Shown: positions 7,446 through 15,697 of the stretch, piece by piece | How positions within the stretch are numbered: the stretch's first letter is position 1 | Layout of the letters: each line of letters opens with the position of its first letter | Source of the DNA: Thermoproteota archaeon | Lineage (GTDB): Archaea > Asgardarchaeota > Jordiarchaeia > Jordiarchaeales > Freyrarchaeaceae | Direction of reading: 5' to 3' | Assembly (NCBI GenBank): GCA_029258835.1 | Contig: JAPDJY010000074.1 | Coordinates: 1-17,460 of the forward strand | DNA: 17,460 bases | The notes under the pieces: generated by a model | Seen by the model: the letters and a program-made list of their open reading frames with translations, nothing else | Told to the model about the DNA's origin: nothing | Database searches by the model: none | Program-made: the position numbers and the translations under genes

Positions 7446-8735
7446 TTGGAAACTATTAAGATGGAAGATGGGCAATGTATCCTGGTCAAGGGTCCGGCTA
7501 ACGTTGAAGTTCAGGAGGGAGAACTTTCCGTTCTCGGTAAAAAGTTGAGGGCAAAGGAGCATCTTGTCATTCCTAAGGGGAAAGCCGTTCCCATGAGGGC
7601 AAGCGTTAAATCAGTATTAAGAGTGTTAGCAGGAGGCATTGAGCAGATAAAAAACGATGTACCCCAGCAGTGGTGGGATGCTATTGACGCATTAGAGAGA
7701 AGTGAAAAGCCAGTAGTAGCCCCTATCGTAGGCGGTACTGATACAGGAAAAACAACGATGACCACTTTTCTAGGGAACACGTTGCTTAAGAAGAAGGTGA
7801 AGGTCGCTGTTGTTGATGCAGATGTCGGGCAGAGCGACATTGGCCCACCATGCAGTATAGCCATGGGAGTTCTTAACCGTCCAGTTACAAGTATTTCAGA
7901 GTTGGAAGTGGAAGACGCGTACTTTGTTGGAGCCACCACACCGTCAGCGTACCCGCATAGAGTTGTAGCAGGAGTAAAACTCATGGTTGAACGTGCTTTA
8001 TCGTTAGGGAGCGAGATGGTTTTGGTTGATACGCCAGGGTGGGTTTTAGGTCGACGCGCGAGAGAACTTAATATAACGCTCATCTACGCCCTACAACCGT
8101 CGATTGTAATCGCGCTTCAAGAAGGGGAGGAAGCTGAAGGAATACTTAGAACGTTTACTCACTCGAAAATACGTGTGTTAAGATTACCAGCCATAGAGGC
8201 ATATAAGAGAGATAGGGAGACCAGAAAGTTTCTGCGTGAAAGAGCGTATCGGCAACATCTTTCTGGAGGAAAATTGGTAACTTTGGATGCAAACAAGGTT
8301 TCGCTTGCGTACACCACACTTTTCAGCGGAGAACCATTAACACCTGAAGCGATAAAAAATATTTCAAAAACGCTTAACCTAGATTTTACATACATAGAAG
8401 TAGCCGCCGACGTGGTAAACGTAATTCTTCCTGAAGGAGAGAAAGCATGTAGAGAGTACATAGAGGTTTTAAAGGGAGCCTTCAGCAGAAGAGAAATATA
8501 TTTAATGCATGAAAAAGCCTTTGAGAACCTTCTAGTATCATTTTTAGACGAAAAAAATAGGTATTTAGGTATAGGAGTATTAAAGAAAATAGATTATAAC
8601 TCACGTAAAATTACTGTTTATACTCCCGTTTCACCAAGCCAGATATCAGCGGTGCTATTTGGCTCCGTTAAAGTGGTAGAAAATGGAGAGGAAATAGGAA
8701 CGGTACATTACAGGCAAAAACGGCAGATAGCCTAA
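7446..8735 (+). CDS. Clp1/Grc3(Nol9)-family polynucleotide 5'-hydroxyl kinase
   Basis: GGTDTGKTT Walker A, DADVGQSDIGPP, YFVGATTP, VDTPGW, RxxRKxxRE lid and C-terminal LGIGVL...YTPV...FGSVK. Confidence 0.9.
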   Translation: METIKMEDGQCILVKGPANVEVQEGELSVLGKKLRAKEHLVIPKGKAVPMRASVKSVLRVLAGGIEQIKNDVPQQWWDAIDALERSEKPVVAPIVGGTDTGKTTMTTFLGNTLLKKKVKVAVVDADVGQSDIGPPCSIAMGVLNRPVTSISELEVEDAYFVGATTPSAYPHRVVAGVKLMVERALSLGSEMVLVDTPGWVLGRRARELNITLIYALQPSIVIALQEGEEAEGILRTFTHSKIRVLRLPAIEAYKRDRETRKFLRERAYRQHLSGGKLVTLDANKVSLAYTTLFSGEPLTPEAIKNISKTLNLDFTYIEVAADVVNVILPEGEKACREYIEVLKGAFSRREIYLMHEKAFENLLVSFLDEKNRYLGIGVLKKIDYNSRKITVYTPVSPSQISAVLFGSVKVVENGEEIGTVHYRQKRQIA

Positions 8736-8754
8736 ACCTTTAAGCTTAAAGGTT
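8735..8754. repeat. Perfect 20-bp palindrome between convergent genes (candidate bidirectional terminator)
   Basis: AACCTTTAAGCTTAAAGGTT equals its own reverse complement. Confidence 0.7.
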
Positions 8755-8786
8755 AAAAGGAAAGATGAAAGGTTATTTAGTGTCGG

Positions 8787-9965
8787 TTACTTTAATCCAA
8801 TCCAAAGAGGGGACTGGGGAAATTCGCCTTTCTCTAACAGATCAAACACATGCTTTAGTGCGGCAGATTCTTCTTCGGGTGTTACGTCTCTACCTCCAAG
8901 CCCAGCAATGCATTCTAACACTAACGGTTCACTTTGGTGGCGGTAAAGAGATGCTTTAAGTTCGGCTGAGACCGCACCCCCTTTACCTGGACTTAAATTC
9001 CTGTCAATAACAGCGATTCCTTTAACTTTTCTTGCAATGCGTCTAAGCTCCTCGCTTGGGAACGGTCTAAAGGCTCTGAGCTTAACCGCGCCAGCTCTGT
9101 ACCCTTCTTCCCTTAACACGTCAACGGCCACCTTGGCTTGATCAGCCAAGGCCCCCATGGAAACTAAAACCGCTTCGGCGTCATCACACCTGTACTCTTC
9201 TATGAGGTGGCCGTGATTACGCCCAAAGCGCTTTTCGAATTCTCTCGAAACTTCTACGATTTTCTTCTTAGCAGATTCCATAGCTTTATGCATTAAAAAG
9301 CGGAACTCATAAAACCAGTCTTCTGGCAGTTGAATGTTTCCATGAGTTATCGGTGCGTCCACATCTATTAGTATATGCTTCCAGGTTGTATGCGGAATGA
9401 AAGCGTCCACTTCTTCCTGGCTTGGAAGAGAGACGGGTTGAACAGTATGACTGAGGGTGAAGCCCTCTAAGCACACCATGACTGGGAGGAGGACGTCAGG
9501 GTCTTCGGCGATTTTGTAAGCTTGAAGTATCGTGTCAAAGGCATCCTGATGATTGCTGGTATAGAGCTGGATCCAGCCCGTGTCTCTCTGTGATATTGCA
9601 TCGCTATGGTCGGACCAGATGTTCCATGGAGGACCTATCGCCCGGTTTACGACGGCCATAACTATAGGAAGCCTCGTAGCAGCAGCCCAGTGAACCATTT
9701 CATGCATGTATGCTAAACCATGGCTACATGTTGCCGTGAACGTCCTTACCCCCGTTAAACTGGCTCCTATGCATGCAGCCATAGCCGAATGCTCGGATTC
9801 GACTGGGACGAAAACAGCGTCGAGCTCACCGTTACTTATGAAGTCAGATAGCTTCTCCACGATCCCGGTTTGCGGGGTTATTGGGTAGCATGAGACGAAA
9901 TGGACTTTCGCCATTTTAACTGCATGTGCGATCGCGTGATTTCCGGTTACAATTATGGTTTCCAT
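8787..9965 (-). CDS. porA: Pyruvate/2-ketoisovalerate:ferredoxin oxidoreductase alpha subunit
   Basis: TGNHAIA, YPITPQT, VESEHSAMAACIGA, QRDTGWIQ, RPFP and GLGGRDV motifs. ATG at 9965 is coupled to the upstream stop (TAATG). Confidence 0.92.
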   Translation of the reverse strand: METIIVTGNHAIAHAVKMAKVHFVSCYPITPQTGIVEKLSDFISNGELDAVFVPVESEHSAMAACIGASLTGVRTFTATCSHGLAYMHEMVHWAAATRLPIVMAVVNRAIGPPWNIWSDHSDAISQRDTGWIQLYTSNHQDAFDTILQAYKIAEDPDVLLPVMVCLEGFTLSHTVQPVSLPSQEEVDAFIPHTTWKHILIDVDAPITHGNIQLPEDWFYEFRFLMHKAMESAKKKIVEVSREFEKRFGRNHGHLIEEYRCDDAEAVLVSMGALADQAKVAVDVLREEGYRAGAVKLRAFRPFPSEELRRIARKVKGIAVIDRNLSPGKGGAVSAELKASLYRHQSEPLVLECIAGLGGRDVTPEEESAALKHVFDLLEKGEFPQSPLWIGLK

Positions 9966-10888
9966 TAAGTTGCCTCCCACCTTTCTTCAACGATCATTCT
10001 TATGGCTTCTTTAGGGCACTCGGTAGAGCAGATGCCGCAACCCTTGCAGTAGTCATAGTCTATCTGCGGGTACCCTTCACTATTTACTGTTATGGCCGCC
10101 TCGGGGCAATACATCCAACAGAAAAGGCACTTGACACATTTCTCTTCATCTATTACGGGTCTATGAGTGCGCCAACTGCCTGTTTTCCCTATGCTACCTT
10201 TACTAGGTGTTGAGACTGGGACTGGAGGCAAGTCAGTCCAATGATGTATCTCTGGTATACGTACTGGACGTGAGGGAGGAATAGGGCTGACATACTGGTC
10301 GGGTTTCAAGGGTAACTTATTAGTTGAGGTGAAAGCCTTCTCCACTGCTTCAAAGTTTTTCTGGAAAAGTGTTCCTGTGAAGGATTCTTTAAAGGCTTCT
10401 TTAAGACTCCTTATGCTTATCATGCCGGTTGCCTTCGCAAAGGCGCCGAGCATGGGTACACCCAGAATTTCCAGCCCGGCAACTTCTAGGTTTAAATCCA
10501 TACAAATCATGGTTGCATTCACCGCGTATACTGAGCATCCTTCCGGGACTTGGATGAACCTTAGAAGGTTAGGGTTATTGATATTTAATAAGAGTAAACC
10601 GCCACTCTTTAGCCCTCGAATAACTGCCTCATTATTTTCCAGTATTATGGATGGGTCAGCGACTATAACTACGTCGGGCTGGTAGACTTGAGAATGAAGA
10701 AGGATGGGTTCATTAGAGATGCGGTTGTAAGCTTCTATCTGGGCGCCACGTCTCTCCGCACCTATCCATGGGATAGATTGTACGCCTTTAAACCCTTCAT
10801 GGAATGCTGCTACTGCTAGGAGTTTTGCTGCGGTTACGATGCCTTGACCGCCACGGCCATGCCATCTAACCTCGAAGACCTTACCCAT
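9965..10888 (-). CDS. 2-oxoacid:ferredoxin oxidoreductase fused gamma-delta subunit
   Basis: N-terminal EVRWHGRGGQG and GAERRGA (gamma); C-terminal KTGSWRTHRPVID, CVKCLFCWMYCP and YDYCKGCGICSTECP (delta). Confidence 0.92.
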   Translation of the reverse strand: MGKVFEVRWHGRGGQGIVTAAKLLAVAAFHEGFKGVQSIPWIGAERRGAQIEAYNRISNEPILLHSQVYQPDVVIVADPSIILENNEAVIRGLKSGGLLLLNINNPNLLRFIQVPEGCSVYAVNATMICMDLNLEVAGLEILGVPMLGAFAKATGMISIRSLKEAFKESFTGTLFQKNFEAVEKAFTSTNKLPLKPDQYVSPIPPSRPVRIPEIHHWTDLPPVPVSTPSKGSIGKTGSWRTHRPVIDEEKCVKCLFCWMYCPEAAITVNSEGYPQIDYDYCKGCGICSTECPKEAIRMIVEERWEAT

Positions 10889-10900
10889 TTGGACACCCTC

Positions 10901-11818
10901 TTAAAAGAAGATTTTCTTACCTTCTAACTCGGCGATTTTCTCCCATCTTTCATCAATAAAACTCTGGAGAAGCTTTACTTCCTCATTAGATATTGTTCTA
11001 AAACGCCCCTGCGCCTCAAGATACTTCTTGACAGGAACTCTTTTTTCAGGGTTTTCAAGAAGCCTCTTAGTTGGAGAGCTCAAATGGAATACGCCGTTCT
11101 CTATTTCGTATAGAAGCCACATGCCTGACTGCACGGCGAGACGGCCAATTTCAACTGTTAAACCGGTGTCAAACCTCCACCCTGGAGGGCAGGGTGCCAA
11201 GATATGAATATAGCGCATACCCTTAATTGTCTTTGCTTTCTTCGTTTTTTCATACAGGTCGAGTGGAAAAGAAGAGCAAGCTGTTGCGGCATAGGGAATC
11301 CTATGCATAGCCATTACTAGGGTCATGTCCTTTTTGTTTTCTCTCTTACCTCTTGGAGTTGTCGTAGTCCAAGCTCCTAAAGGAGTGCTACCTGAGCGCT
11401 GAGTGCCAGTATTCATGTAAGCTTCGTTATCGTAGCAGAAGTAAATATAATTAGTGTTCCTCTCAGCACTTCCTGAAAGGCTTGAAACGCCTATGTCTAC
11501 TGTTCCCCCATCCCCAGCCCAACACATAACAGTAATATCGGTTTCACCTTTAGCCTCTAAGCCACCCACAATACCTGACGCCGCAGAAGGAGCTGCCGCA
11601 AAAGCCATTTGAATGTACGGCACACTCACTGCTGTGCGGGGGTAGAGACCAACGTAGACGCAACCACATGACGCCGGATTAACTATGACGGTTCTCTTAC
11701 CTAACGCCTTTAACACCCATCGAAGAGCTAACGTTGAGCCACAACCCTGACAAGCAGAGTTTCCAGGTAAAACATACTCTTCCGGAGATTCACGAAAAGC
11801 CCTTTTAGCTGACACCAC
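10901..11818 (-). CDS. porB: Pyruvate/2-ketoisovalerate:ferredoxin oxidoreductase beta subunit
   Basis: ACQGCG, GDGGTVDIG, YDNEAYMNTGTQRS (TPP-binding), PCPPGW and QGRF motifs. Confidence 0.93.
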   Translation of the reverse strand: MVSAKRAFRESPEEYVLPGNSACQGCGSTLALRWVLKALGKRTVIVNPASCGCVYVGLYPRTAVSVPYIQMAFAAAPSAASGIVGGLEAKGETDITVMCWAGDGGTVDIGVSSLSGSAERNTNYIYFCYDNEAYMNTGTQRSGSTPLGAWTTTTPRGKRENKKDMTLVMAMHRIPYAATACSSFPLDLYEKTKKAKTIKGMRYIHILAPCPPGWRFDTGLTVEIGRLAVQSGMWLLYEIENGVFHLSSPTKRLLENPEKRVPVKKYLEAQGRFRTISNEEVKLLQSFIDERWEKIAELEGKKIFF

Positions 11819-12125
11819 TCACCGCCTCAAGAACGCTAATACTAAGAAAGGGATGGTTTTTAGTAATGAAAAGCATAAGTTCCTTAAAAAGCTAGTGTTT
11901 CTTTAAGGCAGCGTGAAAGCGTCCACGTCCAACGTGAGCTCTTTTTAGAGAAAAATACGTTTGGTTACTTTAAGTTTGTTCTTTTTTCAGTTTTCGCCCT
12001 ACTTGCCTGCTCATAGATAAACTTTTTAGTCTCTCTTTAACATAGAATGTTTAAGATGTTTTCAAGATGTTTTTAAGGGGAGCGCTTCATTTTTAACGTT
12101 GTTTTGTTGATTGAGGTGGAGGCGG

Positions 12126-12560
12126 ATGAGCGGTAGTATTACGTCCAGTAGTTTTTTTAGAGAGTTAACAGCCTTAGTTGGTAAGACTATCAAGGTGAAT
12201 CTTGAGGGAGGAAAGGCGTATATTGGGAAGCTACGCGGGTATGAAGCGAACAGCTTAAGCTTATGTCTTACAGATGCAAAAGATGAAGAGGGAAACACTT
12301 ACAACAAAGTCTTCATTAAAGGAGAGAGGATAATTGAATTCTTCCAGACAGAGGAAAGCTTCCTAGGAGAGCTCTATGAAAGAATACGTAAGGTTTTCCC
12401 TCCAGGAGACGTTGAGTTCCTTGAGGATAATAACTTGATACTTGTAGTTAAGAAAGTGAAGGTAACAGAGAAGGGTGTGGAAGGAGAGGGGCCTATCGCG
12501 AGGAGAGTTAAAGAAATATTCGACGAGTTCATGTCTGAGAGAAAAGCGGCGATAACTTAG
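12126..12560 (+). CDS. Augmented Sm-like archaeal protein (SmAP3 type)
   Basis: Sm1/Sm2 motifs (VGKTIKVNLEGGKAYIGKLRGYE...LSLCLTDA; KVFIKGERI) plus a C-terminal domain (VFPPGDV...KVKVTEKGVEGEGPIARRV). ATG at 12126 follows GAGGTGGAGG. Confidence 0.85.
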   Translation: MSGSITSSSFFRELTALVGKTIKVNLEGGKAYIGKLRGYEANSLSLCLTDAKDEEGNTYNKVFIKGERIIEFFQTEESFLGELYERIRKVFPPGDVEFLEDNNLILVVKKVKVTEKGVEGEGPIARRVKEIFDEFMSERKAAIT

Positions 12561-12565
12561 CGTTT

Positions 12566-12888
12566 TCATCCATCGTCTACCGAGTGTACTCTGAAAAGAG
12601 CCACAGCCTCCCATTTTTTTCTAGGGCAGAGCTTTTCTTCGGCCTTTTTCATCCTAGAACGAATGCACCGTCTGCAAACTTCATGACGCGGGTCGAGTGG
12701 CCCAGCTTTAAGCTGTGTGGCCCTTCACAGGAAGCACAATGAAGGAGAAGAACGTTGAAACCTCCTATTTCCGCCTGAAGAAATTCTTCTTCATCATATT
12801 CTGGCTTAAAATCAGGCCAGACTTCGTAGAGGTCTGGTGCTTCAAGGACTTCTTTCAACCGCTTAAATAGTCTTTCGAAGCTAGTCAC
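12566..12888 (-). CDS. Intron-interrupted hypothetical protein, 100 aa after splicing (exons 12888-12717 and 12696-12566), CxxC-x10-CxxC
   Basis: Removing 20 nt at a BHB gives ...LLLHCASCEGPLDPRHEVCRRCIRSRMKKAEEKLCPRKKWEAVALFRVHSVDDG*. GAGGGGG RBS lies 7 nt before GTG, and the spliced stop lies 5 nt from the convergent SmAP3 stop. Confidence 0.8.
12697..12716 (-). other. Putative mRNA BHB intron (20 nt)
   Basis: G-GGCC-AC|A-CAGCT-TAA-AGCTG-GGCC-AC|T-C: 4-bp all-GC helix, two 3-nt bulges and a 5-bp inner stem. Confidence 0.8.
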
Positions 12889-13021
12889 TTTTACGCCCCC
12901 TCTAGCCTTTTTAGGTCAGGAAACCCTTAACTAATGCTACCTTTAAAATAGATTAGTCTTCTCAAGGGAATATTCTCGCAAAGTTAAAACGAGGAAGATA
13001 GAAGGGTTATAGGGGTTTAAG

Positions 13022-13873
13022 TTGAAGGAGCTAAAGCTAACGGTTGCGATTCCATCTTCTTTCCTTTCTGATGTTAAAGACTTAAGGTCTAAGACCGTTA
13101 AGGTCGGTTTCATAGCGAGAAGCGCAGCAATATTTCGAGTTGACAGAATACTGATTTATAGTGATGAGAGAACGCGAAGTGCTATGGAAGATGTAAACAC
13201 AATGAAAGACATACTCGCATACATGGAAACGCCACAATATTTAAGGAAGTACCTCTTTAAGAGGAAAGCGAGTTTGAAGTACGCAGGAATTCTTCCTCCC
13301 CTTGCTACACCGCATCATCCCTTGAAGAGCAAGCTTAAAGGCCTAAGGGAAGGCGAGGTAAGGGAAGGGGTGGTTGTGGCTAAGAAAGCAAAAGGAGTAC
13401 TCGTCGATATAGGGGTGGAGAAGCCGATATTACTTAAGGAGAAAGCGAACATAGGGGAGAGACTAACCCTTAGAATTACACGTAAAAATGGGAGAGTGGA
13501 GGGGAGACGGATAGGAAAACAGGAGGTAAAAGATTATTGGGGGTATATGGTTGAGGTGTCCGAGCATCCATTAGGGGATACGCTAAGGAAAAATAGAGAG
13601 TCCGTTAAGGTCCTTACTTCAAGATATGGAGAGCCATTAAGAGAAAAGTTAAATCAAATTCTTTCAGCATGGCGGAAAAAGAGAGAGATCCTTTTAGTTT
13701 TCGGAGGGCCTTACAGGGGAGTTTTAGACATGCTTTCAGAGGAAAGATACCGCCCAGAAGAAGTGTCAGACTTCATAGTAAACACTTTACCAAATCAAGG
13801 AACACGAACCGTTAGAACGGAGGAAGCTGTTCATGCCACATTAGCCATACTAAATTTATTTAGAGATCCCTAA
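13022..13873 (+). CDS. SPOUT-family RNA methyltransferase (MTH1/SPOUT1-like)
   Basis: VAIPSS, IARSAAIFRVD, YMETPQYLRK, AGILPPLATPHH, YWGY and NTLPNQGTRTVRTEEA motifs. Confidence 0.93.
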   Translation: MKELKLTVAIPSSFLSDVKDLRSKTVKVGFIARSAAIFRVDRILIYSDERTRSAMEDVNTMKDILAYMETPQYLRKYLFKRKASLKYAGILPPLATPHHPLKSKLKGLREGEVREGVVVAKKAKGVLVDIGVEKPILLKEKANIGERLTLRITRKNGRVEGRRIGKQEVKDYWGYMVEVSEHPLGDTLRKNRESVKVLTSRYGEPLREKLNQILSAWRKKREILLVFGGPYRGVLDMLSEERYRPEEVSDFIVNTLPNQGTRTVRTEEAVHATLAILNLFRDP

Positions 13874-13892
13874 AGAAAGGAAAGAAATTTTC

Positions 13893-13908
13893 CGAAAAGA
13901 TTTAAATT
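13893..13908 (+). promoter_or_regulatory. Putative BRE-TATA promoter for rpl23
   Basis: CGAAAAGATTTAAATT. Confidence 0.55.
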
Positions 13909-13952
13909 TTAACCAGTTTAGTCTCTAAGTGAAAGCAGGAGGTGCTTTAACA

Positions 13953-14213
13953 TTGGACCCTTATAAGGTTATAAAGGCGCCTTTAGCAACAGAGGCAACG
14001 TTCAGAATGGTTGAAGAAGAAAATAAGTTAGTGTTCCTTGTAGACCGCAGAGTTAACAAGAAAGAAATAAAAAATGCCGTAGAGAAGCTTTACGATGTTA
14101 AAGTAGAGAAGGTTAACACGCTCATTACACCTAAGGGAGAAAAGAAGGCATTTGTTAAGCTTAAGCCAGAATATAATGCTGCAGACATAGCGACAAAAAT
14201 AGGGTTGTTCTAA
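13953..14213 (+). CDS. rpl23: 50S ribosomal protein L23 (uL23)
   Basis: [42 protein letters not shown] and ADIATKIG motifs. TTG at 13953 follows GGAGGTG. Confidence 0.96.
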   Translation: MDPYKVIKAPLATEATFRMVEEENKLVFLVDRRVNKKEIKNAVEKLYDVKVEKVNTLITPKGEKKAFVKLKPEYNAADIATKIGLF

Positions 14214-14222
14214 GGTGTTTTT

Positions 14223-14852
14223 TTGAGCCTCCATACTCTAGTTAATAAAGTGAAGAGTTTAAAAGAAAATAGGAGAATTAGGCGGAAAGTAAAAGAAAGA
14301 ATTGAAAAATTTGAGAAGTTGCCTCCGGATATGTGGTTTTCGGAGCTTTGCTTTTGCATTTTAACAGCAAACTCTTCAGCGGAAGTTGGAATTAAAGCTC
14401 AGAAAGAGCTAAGGTTAAATGGCTTTTTGAGCATGAGTAAGGAGGACACTGCAAGGGAATTAAGGCGGCTTGGCCACCCTTACCCGGAGAGGAGAGCAGA
14501 ATACATTGTTGAGGCTAGGGAGCATAAGGACATTTACAAGAAAATTTCTTCTTTTAAAGATGAAAGGGTGGCGCGGGACTGGCTAGTCAGGAATATTAAA
14601 GGGATAGGGTATAAGGAGGCAAGCCATTTCCTACGGAACGTCGGATTCAAAAACGTAGCGATAATTGATAGACACATACTTAAAGTAATGGTGAAACATG
14701 GACTAATCGAGAAGACACCTAAAACACTAACACGGAAAAAGTATTTAGAGCTGGAAGAGAAGCTTAAGGAAGTGGCTGAAGAAACAGGGTTATCTTTAGC
14801 CGAACTAGACCTTTACTTATGGTATATGGAAACGGGGAGAATTCTTAAGTGA
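14223..14852 (+). CDS. ogg: 8-oxoguanine N-glycosylase/DNA lyase (Ogg2 type)
   Basis: ELCFCILTANSSA, HhH motif IKGIGYKEASHFLRNVG, AIIDRH, LDLYLWY and C-terminal LK. Confidence 0.93.
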   Translation: MSLHTLVNKVKSLKENRRIRRKVKERIEKFEKLPPDMWFSELCFCILTANSSAEVGIKAQKELRLNGFLSMSKEDTARELRRLGHPYPERRAEYIVEAREHKDIYKKISSFKDERVARDWLVRNIKGIGYKEASHFLRNVGFKNVAIIDRHILKVMVKHGLIEKTPKTLTRKKYLELEEKLKEVAEETGLSLAELDLYLWYMETGRILK

Positions 14853-14853
14853 C

Positions 14854-15624
14854 CTAGAAAAAGCTGAATAAGAAGACAGCTAGCATTATGATAGTGTAAG
14901 AAGACAGCATTGAGATGCTTGTGGAAAGCTTAGCAAGCTTACGGATGCCGGGTGTTAGAAGGAAGGCAACTCCTAGTAGGCACACACACTTAGTAGTTCT
15001 CCCGAGGTTCCACGAAGAATAAAGGTAAAGTTGCATCATTATCATTTGGATAAGCAGTGGGCCATGTAAAAGTAAGGGGTGACCGCTGAAGACGGTTAAT
15101 GCGAGCAACACCATCTGTCCTATTATCACTATTACATATGCATGGCCAACCATGGAAATGAAGCTTTTAAACCGTCCACCACGACCCAGAAGCTTAAACG
15201 GCAACCAGTAGAGGAAGCTTACTATGAGAAGCTGCAAAAAAGTAAATGCTAAGTTAAGAAGTAAAACTTCGATGAGTAGGAAAGAGCCGATAAACCTGAA
15301 AAGAAGAAGATCAAGAAAGTTTGGAAGAAAAATGTTATTCCAAACAACCGAAAAGTAGAACGTGGCAAGAAGCCCGCTTAGAAGCACTGCGAGAAAGGGG
15401 CCTAAAACATCAGGTGCGATGGCGATGTTGCCAAACACGACATTCGGCTTTATAGGGCCAACAAAAAACCTATAATAGAAAGGTAAGGGAGTGGCTGGTT
15501 CCTCCAATGGTTTCTTTAAGAGAGGCAACAAACGCTCGACGATTTCCTCACCAACCTTGGCCCCACAGCTAGGACATTTAACCTCATCAACTGGAACCTC
15601 CGCTCCACAGCTAGGACAACGCAT
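14854..15624 (-). CDS. Zn-ribbon plus multi-pass membrane (Yip1-like) protein
   Basis: N-terminal CPSCG...CPSCG, about five hydrophobic segments and a KLLGRGGRFK loop. ATG at 15624 follows GGAGG. Confidence 0.7.
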   Translation of the reverse strand: MRCPSCGAEVPVDEVKCPSCGAKVGEEIVERLLPLLKKPLEEPATPLPFYYRFFVGPIKPNVVFGNIAIAPDVLGPFLAVLLSGLLATFYFSVVWNNIFLPNFLDLLLFRFIGSFLLIEVLLLNLAFTFLQLLIVSFLYWLPFKLLGRGGRFKSFISMVGHAYVIVIIGQMVLLALTVFSGHPLLLHGPLLIQMIMMQLYLYSSWNLGRTTKCVCLLGVAFLLTPGIRKLAKLSTSISMLSSYTIIMLAVFLFSFF

Positions 15625-15697
15625 ATGTAAGCCTCCTAAAAAGTGTGATAGGAAATACCTATTCAAGCTAAAATATTTTTTCTCGAAAAAACAACCC

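Noticed and set aside
11819-12125. Possible sRNA in the porB-SmAP3 intergenic region
   Set aside because: No convincing C/D boxes or stable structure were seen; it is consistent with divergent promoters.
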